DNA of 21,410 bases from Utricularia gibba (lineage: Eukaryota > Plantae > Magnoliophyta). Below the pieces are notes generated by a model, which saw only the letters and a list, made by a program, of their open reading frames with translations, was not told the DNA's origin and searched no databases. Location of the stretch: contig NEEC01000174.1 of assembly GCA_002189035.1 (NCBI GenBank), positions 1 to 21,410 of the forward strand. Reading direction: 5' to 3'. This document shows positions 12,031-21,410 of the stretch, in pieces. A program made the translations under genes and the position numbers. Position 1 is the first letter of the stretch. Each line of letters begins with the position of its first letter.

Positions 12031-12707
12031 TGTCCCATAACTGTGGACATATTAAAAACAAACCACAACGAAAAGTGTCTTACGTGTCCTTCCTTGGTGG
12101 CTGCGTTTAATAATGTGCTTCTCGTTCTCGAAATTGATGCAAAATACACGGCAAAAGAATCAAATAGCCACTAGAGACATGGTGTATGGGAATGGTGTAT
12201 CAAGAATCAGAAGTATCATGGCAACTAATTGCATCAATCAACAGCCAAAACATATGGTGTCAAACTTCATCGGATATGCGATCAAGATGGAAAAAAGTCA
12301 CATGTTACATCATGAATTTCGTGGCATCACTTATCCCAACACTATTATACTCCAGGTACGCAAAAATGTTTACTTTTAACGAATCCAGTGCACGTGTGAT
12401 TTTTCGGCTGCACCCGAATGGTGATGCGCAATGAAATGACTATGTCGCACATCCTGGTCACGAAGCACCTCTTCCAAAACATGCAGATGCTAACTCTTCA
12501 TAGCACACCATTGGGAAGCCCTATTCGTGCTCCAAGTAGTATAATTTGGAGTTACGTTTGTCCATAACTGGACATATTAAAAACAAACCACAACGAAAAG
12601 TGTCTTACGTGTCCTTCCTTGGTGGCTGCGTTTAATAATGTGCTTCTCGTTCTCGAAATTGATGCAAATGGGATACACGGCAAAAGAATCAAATAGCCAC
12701 TAGAGAC

Positions 12708-12980
12708 ATGGTGTATGGGAATGGTGTCAAGAATCAGAAGTATCATCAGATCAGTATCAAACTGGCATCACACATACATCATGAATTTCGTGGCATCACT
12801 TATCCCAACAGGTACGCAAAACTTTTATCCAGTGCACGTGTGCTTCTCTATGTTATGCAGAACTCATAGCATTGGAAGCCCTATAAAGTCATAACACATA
12901 TTAAAAACAAACCACAACGAAAAGTGTCTTACGTGTCCTTCCTTGGTGGCTGCGTTTAATAATGATGCTTTCGTAGAGAC
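12708..12980 (+). other. Collapsed monomer (273 bp), probable sequencing/consensus artefact
   Basis: Monomer landmarks occur in the correct order, but with many scattered short deletions totalling about half the unit. Confidence 0.65.
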
Positions 12981-14048
12981 ATGGTGTATGGGAATGGTGC
13001 ATCAAGAATCAGAAGTATCATGGCAACTAATTGAATCAATCAACAGCCAAAACATATGGTGTCAAACTTCATCGGATATGCGATCAAGATGGAAAAAAGT
13101 CACATGTTACATCATGAATTTCGTGGCATCACTTATCCCAACACTATTATACTCCAGGTACGCAAAAATGTTTACTTTTAACGAATCCAGTGCACGTGTG
13201 ATTTTTCGGCTGCACCCCGAATGGTGATGCGCAATGAAATGACTATGTCGCACATCCTGGTCCACCTCACCAAAATCTTCATGCAGGCTAACTGCATAAC
13301 ACACATCATCGTGGCATCAGCACTATTTGCTCAAAGCCCTATTCGGTTCTAAGTAGTCCCTATAACGTTTGTCCCATAACTGGACATATTAAAAACAAAC
13401 CACAACGAAAAGTGTCTTACGTGTCCTTCCTTGGTGGCTGCGTTTAATAATGTGCTTCTCGTTCTCGAAATTGATGCAAATGGGATACACGGCAAAAGAA
13501 TCAAATAGCCACTAGAGACATGGTGTATGGGAATGGTGTATCAAGAATCAGAAGTATCATGGCAACTAATTGCATCAATCAACAGCCAAAACATATGGTG
13601 TCAAACTTCATCGGATATGCGATCAAGATGGAAAAAGTCACATGTTACATCATGAATTTCGTGGCATCACTTATCCCAACACTATTATACTCCAGGTACG
13701 CAAAAATGTTTACTTTTAACGAATCCAGTGCACGTGTGATTTTTAGGCTGCACCCGAATGGTGATGCGCAATGAAATGACTATGTCGCACATCCTGGTCC
13801 ACGAAGCACCTCTTCCAAAACATGCAGATGCTAACTCTTCATAGCACACCATTGGGAAGCCCTATTCGTGCTCCAAGTAGTATAATTTGGAGTTACGTTT
13901 GTCCCATAACTGACATATTAAAAACAAACCACAACGAAAAGTGTCTTACGTGTCCTTCCTTGGTGGCTGCGTTTAATAATGTGCTTCTCGTTCTCGAAAT
14001 TGATGCAAACAAGATACACGGCAAAAGAATCAAATAGCCACTAGAGAC

Positions 14049-14724
14049 ATGGTGTATGGGAATGGTGTATCAAGAATCAGAAGTATCATGGCAACTAATT
14101 GCATCAATCAACAGCCAAAACATATGGTGTCAAACTTCATCGGATATGCGATCAAGATGGAAAAAACATGTTACATCATGTTTATGGTACGCACTCGAAT
14201 GTGCACGTCTGCAAATTGATGCGCAATGAAATGACTATGTCGCACATCCTGGTCAAGCACGCAGAGCACATTTATTCGAAAGTAGCATAACTGTGGACAG
14301 AAAAGTGTCTTACAATGTGCACACACGTGGAGACATGGTGTATCGAATCAGAAGTATCATGCAACCAATTATTGTGGATATGCGATCAAGATGCACATGT
14401 TACATCATGCGTGGCAGGTTGTTTACGTTCTGCACCTGGTGATGCGCAATGAAATGACTATGTCGCACATCCTGGTCACGAAGCACCTCTTCCAAAACAT
14501 GCAGATGCTAACTCTTCATAGCACACCATTGGGAAGCCCTATTCGTGCTCCAAGTAGTATAATTTGGAGTTACGTTTGTCCCATAACTGTGGACATATTA
14601 AAAACAAACCACAACGAAAAGTGTCTTACGTGTCCTTCCTTGGTGGCTGCGTTTAATAATGTGCTTCTCGTTCTCGAAATTGATGCAAAATACACGGCAA
14701 AAGAATCAAATAGCCACTAGAGAC
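14049..14724 (+). other. Two consecutive collapsed monomers (286 and 390 bp), probable artefact
   Basis: 14165-14440 is a mosaic of short in-order monomer fragments; the sequence is clean on either side. Confidence 0.65.
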
Positions 14725-16254
14725 ATGGTGTATGGGAATGGTGTATCAAGAATCAGAAGTATCATGGCAACTAATTGCATCAATCAACAGCCAAAACATA
14801 TGGTGTCAAACTTCATCGGATATGCGATCAAGATGGAAAAAAGTCACATGTTACATCATGAATTTCGTGGCATCACTTATCCCAACACTATTATACTCCA
14901 GGTACGCAAAAATGTTTACTTTTAACGAATCCAGTGCACGTGTGATTTTTCGGCTGCACCCCGAATGGTGATGCGCAATGAAATGACTATGTCGCACATC
15001 CTGGTCCACGAAGCACCTCTTCCAAAACATGCAGATGCTAACTCTTCATAGCACACCATTGGGAAGCCCTATTCGTGCTCCAAGTAGTATAATTTGGAGT
15101 TACGTTTGTCCCATAACTGGACATATTAAAAACAAACCACAACGAAAAGTGTCTTACGTGTCCTTCCTTGGTGGCTGCGTTTAATAATGTGCTTCTCGTT
15201 CTCGAAATTGATGCAAAGATACACGGCAAAAGAATCAAATAGCCACTAGAGACATGGTGTATGGGAATGGTGTATCAAGAATCAGAAGTATCATGGCAAC
15301 TAATTGATCAATCAACAGCCAAAACATATGGTGTCAAACTTCATCGGATATGCGATCAAGATGGAAAAAGTCACATGTTACATCATGAATTTCGTGGCAT
15401 CACTTATCCCAACACTATTATACTCCAGGTACGCAAAAATGTTTACTTTTAACGAATCCAGTGCACGTGTGATTTTTCGGCTGCACCCCGAATGGTGATG
15501 CGCAATGAAATGACTATGTCGCACATCCTGGTCCACGAAGCACCTCTTCCAAAACATGCAGATGCTAACTCTTCATAGCACACCATTGGGAAGCCCTATT
15601 CGTGCTCCAAGTAGTATAATTTGGAGTTACGTTTGTCCCATAACTGTGGACATATTAAAAACAAACCACAACGAAAAGTGTCTTACGTGTCCTTCCTTGG
15701 TGGCTGCGTTTAATAATGTGCTTCTCGTTCTCGAAATTGATGCAAACAAGATACACGGCAAAAGAATCAAATAGCCACTAGAGACATGGTGTATGGGAAT
15801 GGTGTATCAAGAATCAGAAGTATCATGGCAACTAATTGCATCAATCAACAGCCAAAACATATGGTGTCAAACTTCATCGGATATGCGATCAAGATGGAAA
15901 AAAGTCACATGTTACATCATGAATTTCGTGGCATCACTTATCCCAACACTATTATACTCCAGGTACGCAAAAATGTTTACTTTTAACGAATCCAGTGCAC
16001 GTGTGATTTTTAGGCTGCACCCCGAATGGTGATGCGCAATGAAATGACTATGTCGCACATCCTGGTCACGAAGCACCTCTTCCAAAACATGCAGATGCTA
16101 ACTCTTCATAGCACACCATTGGGAAGCCCTATTCGTGCTCCAAGTAGTATAATTTGGAGTTACGTTTGTCCCATAACTGTGGACATATTAAAAACAAACC
16201 ACAACGAAAAGTGTCTTACGTGTCCTTCCTTGGTGGCTGCGTTTAATAATGTGC

Positions 16255-16660
16255 TTCTAGCGAGACATTCTCGAAATTGATGCAAGATACAGGCGGCAAA
16301 AGAATCAAATAGCCACTAGAGACATGGTGTATGGGAATGGTGTATCAAGAAGGTATCATGGCATGTAAACAACAATCATGCCAAAACATATTGTGTCAAC
16401 TTCATCGGATATGCGATCAAGATGGAAAAAAGTCACATGTTACATCATGAATTTCGTGGCATCACTTATCCCAACACTATTAGGTACGCAAAAATCGAAT
16501 CACGTGTGACTGCAAAAAATGAAATTTCGCACATCCATGCAGATAACTCTTCATAGCACACCATTGGGAAGCCCTTCGTGCTGTAGTTTTTCGTTTGCTG
16601 CACCCGAATGGTGATAAATTGAAATGACTATGTCGCACATCCTGTCAATCAACGAAGCAC
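16255..16660 (+). other. Scrambled/partially duplicated monomer region (copy length 577 bp)
   Basis: A compressed pass through monomer positions 1 to ~385, then a jump back to ~229 near 16597; out-of-phase fragments (GAGACAT at ~16263, TCAATCAAC at ~16646) are inserted. Confidence 0.65.
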
Positions 16661-19600
16661 CTCTTCCAAAACATGCAGATGCTAACTCTTCATAGCACAC
16701 CATTGGGAAGCCCTATTCGTGCTCCAAGTTGTATAATTTGGAGTTACGTTTGTCCCATAACTGCGGACATATTAAAAACAAACCACAACGAAAAGTGTCT
16801 TACGTGTCCTTCCTTGGTGGCTGCGTTTAATAATGTGCTTCTCGTTCTCGAAATTGATGCAAATGATACACGGCAAAAGAATCAAATAGCCACTAGAGAC
16901 ATGGTGTATGGGAATGTGTATCAAGAATCAGAAGTATCATGGCAACTAATTGCATCAATCAACAGCCAAAACATATGGTGTCAAACTTCATCGGATATGC
17001 GATCAAGATGGAAAAAGTCACATGTTACATCATGAATTTCGTGGCATCACTTATCCCAACACTATTATACACCAGGTACGCAAAATGTTTACTTTTAACG
17101 AATCCAGTGCACGTGTGATTTTTCGGCTGCACCCCGAATGGTGATGCGCAATGAAATGACTATGTCGCACATCCTGGTCCACGAAGCACCTCTTCCAAAA
17201 TGCAGAAACTCTTCATAGCACACCATTGGGAAGCATTCGTGCTCCAAGTAGTATAATTTGGAGTTACGTTTGTCCCATAACTGTGGACATATTAAAAACA
17301 AACCACAACGAAAAGTGTCTTACGTGTCCTTCCTTGGTGGCTGCGTTTAATAATGTGCTTCTCGTTCTCGAAATTGATGCAAACAAGATACACGGCAAAA
17401 GAATCAAATAGCCACTAGAGACATGGTGTATGGGAATGGTGCATCAAGAATCAGAAGTATCATGGCAACTAATTGCATCAATCAACAGCCAAAACACAAA
17501 CTTCATCGGATATGCGATCAAGATGGAAAAAGTCACATGTTACATCATGAATTTCGTGGCATCACTTATCCCAACACTATTATACTCCAGGTACGCAAAA
17601 ATGTTTACTTTTAACGAATCCAGTGCACGTGTGATTTTTAGGCTGCACCCAATGGTGATGCGCAATGAAATGACTATGTCGCACATCCTGGTCCACGAAG
17701 CACCTCTTCCAAAACATGCAGATGCTAACTCTTCATAGCACACCATTGGGAAGCCCTATTCGTGCTCCAAGTAGTATAATTGGAGTTACGTTTGTCCCAT
17801 AACTGTGGACATATTAAAAACAAACCACAACGAAAAGTGTCTTACGTGTCCTTCCTTGGTGGCTGCGTTTAATAATGTGCTTCTCGTTCTCGAAATTGAT
17901 GCAAATGGGATACACGGCAAAAGAATCAAATAGCCACTAGAGACATGGTGTATGGGAATGGTGTATCAAGAATCAGAAGTATCATGGCAACTAATTGAAT
18001 CAATCAACAGCCAAAACATATGGTGTCAAACTTCATCGGATATGCGATCAAGATGGAAAAAAGTCACATGTTACATCATGAATTTCGTGGCATCACTTAT
18101 CCCAACACTATTATACTCCAGGTACGCAAAAATGTTTACTTTTAACGAATCCAGTGCACGTGTGATTTTTAGGCTGCACCCCGAATGGTGATGCGCAATG
18201 AAATGACTATGTCGCACATCCTGGTCCACGAAGCACCTCTTCCAAAACATGCAGATGCTAACTCTTCATAGCACACCATTGGGAAGCCCTATTCGTGCTC
18301 CAAGTAGTATAATTTGGAGTTACGTTTGTCCCATAACTGTGGACATATTAAAAACAAACCACAACGAAAAGTGTCTTACGTGTCCTTCCTTGGTGGCTGC
18401 GTTTAATGTGCTTCTCGTTCTCGAAATTGATGCAAATGGGATACACGGCAAAAGAATCAAATAGCCACTAGAGACATGGTGTATGGGAATGGTGTATCAA
18501 GAATCAGAAGTATCATGGCAACTAATTGCATCAATCAACAGCCAAAACATATGGTGTCAAACTTCATCGGATATGCGATCAAGATGGAAAAAGTCACATG
18601 TTACATCATGAATTTCGTGGCATCACTTATCCCAACACTATTATACTCCAGGTACGCAAAAATGTTTACTTTTAACGAATCCAGTGCACGTGTGATTTTT
18701 CGGCTGCACCCGAATGGTGATGCGCAATGAAATGACTATGTCGCACATCCTGGTCCACGAAGCACCTCTTCCAAAACATGCAGATGCTAACTCTTCATAG
18801 CACACCATTGGGAAGCCCTATTCGTGCTCCAAGTAGTATAATTTGGAGTTACGTTTGTCCATAACTGTGGACATATTAAAAACAAACCACAACGAAAAGT
18901 GTCTTACGTGTCCTTCCTTGGTGGCTGCGTTTAATAATGTGCTTCTCGTTCTCGAAATTGATGCAAAGATACACGGCAAAAGAATCAAATAGCCACTAGA
19001 GACATGGTGTATGGGAATGGTGCATCAAGAATCAGAAGTATCATGGCAACTAATTGCATCAATCAACAGCCAAAACATATGGTGTCAAACTTCATCGGAT
19101 ATGCGATCAAGATGGAAAAAGTCACATGTTACATCATGAATTTCGTGGCATCACTTATCCCAACACTATTATACTCCAGGTACGCAAAAATGTTTACTTT
19201 TAACGAATCCAGTGCACGTGTGATTTTTAGGCTGCACCCCGAATGGTGATGCGCAATGAAATGACTATGTCGCACATCCTGGTCCACGAAGCACCTCTTC
19301 CAAAACATGCAGATCCTAACTCTTCATAGCACACCATTGGGAAGCCCGATTCGTGCTCCAAGTAGTATAATTTGGAGTTACGTTTGTCCCATAACTGTGG
19401 ACATATTAAAAACAAACCACAACGAAAAGTGTCTTACGTGTCCTTCCTTGGTGGCTGCGTTTAATAATGTGCTTCTCGTTCTCGAAATTGATGCAAATGG
19501 ATACACGGCAAAAGAATCAAATAGCCACTAGAGACATGGTGTATGGGAATGGTGCATCAAGAATCAGAAGTATCATGGCAACTAATTGATCAATCAACAG

Positions 19601-21410
19601 CCAAACATATGGTGTCAAACTTCATCGGATATGCGATCAAGATGGAAAAAAGTCACATGTTACATCATGAATTTCGTGGCATCACTTATCCCAACACTAT
19701 TATACTCCAGGTACGCAAAAATGTTTACTTTTAACGAATCCAGTGCACGTGTGATTTTTAGGCTGCACCCCGAATGGTGATGCGCAATGAAATGACTATG
19801 TCGCACATCCTGGTCCACGAAGCACCTCTTCCAAAACATGCAGATGCTAACTCTTCATAGCACACCATTGGGAAGCCCTATTCGTGCTCCAAGTAGTATA
19901 ATTTGGAGTTACGTTTGTCCCATAACTGTGGACATATTAAAAACAAACCACAACGAAAAGTGTCTTACGTGTCCTTCCTTGGTGGCTGCGTTTAATAATG
20001 TGCTTCTCGTTCTCGAAATTGATGCAAATGGGATACACGGCAAAAGAATCAAATAGCCACTAGAGACATGGTGTATGGGAATGGTGCATCAAGAATCAGA
20101 AGTATCATGGCAACTAATTGAATCAATCAACAGCCAAAACATATGGTGTCAAACTTCATCGGATATGCGATCAAGATGGAAAAAAGTCACATGTTACATC
20201 ATGAATTTCGTGGCATCACTTATCCCAACACTATTATACTCAGGTACGCAAAATGTTTACTTTTAAACGAATCCAGTGCACGTGTGATTTTTAGGCTGCA
20301 CCCCGAATGGTGATGCGCAATGAAATGACTATGGCACATCCTGGTCCACGAAGCACCTCTTCCAAAACATGCAGATGCTAACTCTTCATAGCACACCATT
20401 GGGAAGCCCTATTCGTGCTCCAAGTAGTATAATTTGGAGTTACGTTTGTCCATAACTGTGGACATATTAAAAACAAACCACAACGAAAAGTGTCTTACGT
20501 GTCCTTCCTTGGTGGCTGCGTTTAATAATGTGCTTCTCGTTCTCGAAATTGATGCAAAGGGATACACGGCAAAAGAATCAAATAGCCACTAGAGACATGG
20601 TGTATGGAATGGTGCATCAAGAATCAGAAGTATCATGGCAACTAATTGCATCAATCAACAGCCAAAACATATGGTGTCAAACTTCATCGGATATGCGATC
20701 AAGATGGAAAAAAGTCACATGTTACATCATGAATTTCGTGGCATCACTTATCCCAACACTATTATACTCCAGGTACGCAAAAATGTTTACTTTTAACGAA
20801 TCCAGTGCACGTGTGATTTTTCGGCTGCACCCCGAATGGTGATGCGCAATGAAATGACTATGTCGCACATCCTGGTCCACGAAGCACCTCTTCCAAAACA
20901 TGCAGATCCTAACTCTTCATAGCACACCATTGGGAAGCCCTATTCGTGCTCCAAGTAGTATAATTTGGAGTTACGTTTGTCCCATAACTGTGGACATATT
21001 AAAAACAAACCACAACGAAAAGTGTCTTACGTGTCCTTCCTTGGTGGCTGCGTTTAATAATGTGCTTCTCGTTCTCGAAATTGATGCAAACAAGATACAC
21101 GGCAAAAGAATCAAATAGCCACTAGAGACATGGTGTATGGGAATGGTGCATCAAGAATCAGAAGTATCATGGCAACTAATTGAATCAATCAACAGCCAAA
21201 ACATATGGTGTCAAACTTCATCGGATATGCGATCAAGATGGAAAAAAGTCACATGTTACATCATGAATTTCGTGGCATCACTTATCCCAACACTATTATA
21301 CACCAGGTACGCAAAAATGTTTACTTTAACGAATCCAGTGCACGTGTGATTTTTAGGCTGCACCCCGAATGGTGATGCGCAATGAAATGACTATGTCGCA
21401 CATCCTGGTC

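Larger units (their letters stand above)
1..21410 (+). repeat. Head-to-tail tandem array (satellite-like or concatemer) of a ~534-bp monomer, ~41 copies, filling the entire window
   Basis: The anchor GACATGGTGTAT recurs at monomer starts 460, 989, 1516, 2048, 2581, 3113, 3642, 4174, 4705, 5238, 5769, 6303, 6835, 7369, 7899, 8425, 8955, 9484, 9989, 10493, 11023, 11553, 12179, 12708, 12981, 13520, 14049, 14335, 14725, 15254, 15786, 16324, 16901, 17423, 17945, 18476, 19004, 19536, 20068, 20597, 21130. Most spacings are 526-534 bp. The window starts at monomer position ~74 and ends at ~282. The ORF track repeats with the same period. Confidence 0.99.

Noticed and set aside
19227-19415. Minus-strand ORF MFLICPQLWDKRNSKLYYLEHESGFP...
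   Set aside because: It is open only with the rare G346 allele; the majority allele gives TAG and the A227 allele gives TAA in the same frame.
54-21349. The ~100 ORFs of the six-frame track as protein-coding genes
   Set aside because: They are the same 60-80 aa ORFs recurring per monomer; the longer ones (e.g. 2885-3358, 5478-5969) arise from indels fusing frames. No recognisable domain and no convincing RBS.
1-21410. CRISPR array
   Set aside because: No short repeats separated by unique spacers; the entire 534 bp repeats.
1-21410. Higher-order repeat structure or transposon ends
   Set aside because: Allele combinations show no periodicity I can detect, and there are no terminal inverted repeats, LTR/PBS/PPT, poly-A tails or target-site duplications.

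Overview
The whole window is one uninterrupted head-to-tail tandem array of a ~534-bp, ~41% GC monomer. There are 41 monomer starts between 460 and 21130, plus a leading partial copy; all copies are in the same orientation and no unique flank is visible. Copies 5769-6302 and 6835-7368 are full-length 534-bp consensus-type monomers. I recognise no gene, RNA gene, transposon end or CRISPR structure, and the ORF track is the same few short ORFs recurring once per monomer. Three layers of variation exist: (i) recurrent biallelic substitutions, enriched at both window ends, plus one transition-rich diverged copy, which look like real monomer heterogeneity; (ii) homopolymer indels and deletions falling on the biallelic sites, which look like long-read/consensus error; (iii) several collapsed or scrambled copies between ~9.9 and 16.7 kb, probably polishing artefacts. 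Best reading: an unidentified satellite-like genomic array, imperfectly assembled; a rolling-circle concatemer of a heterogeneous small circle is the alternative. The monomer length is a multiple of 3 and one frame is nearly open, but the evidence for coding is weak. I cannot support a claim of a new biological system from this sequence alone. All counts are by hand.
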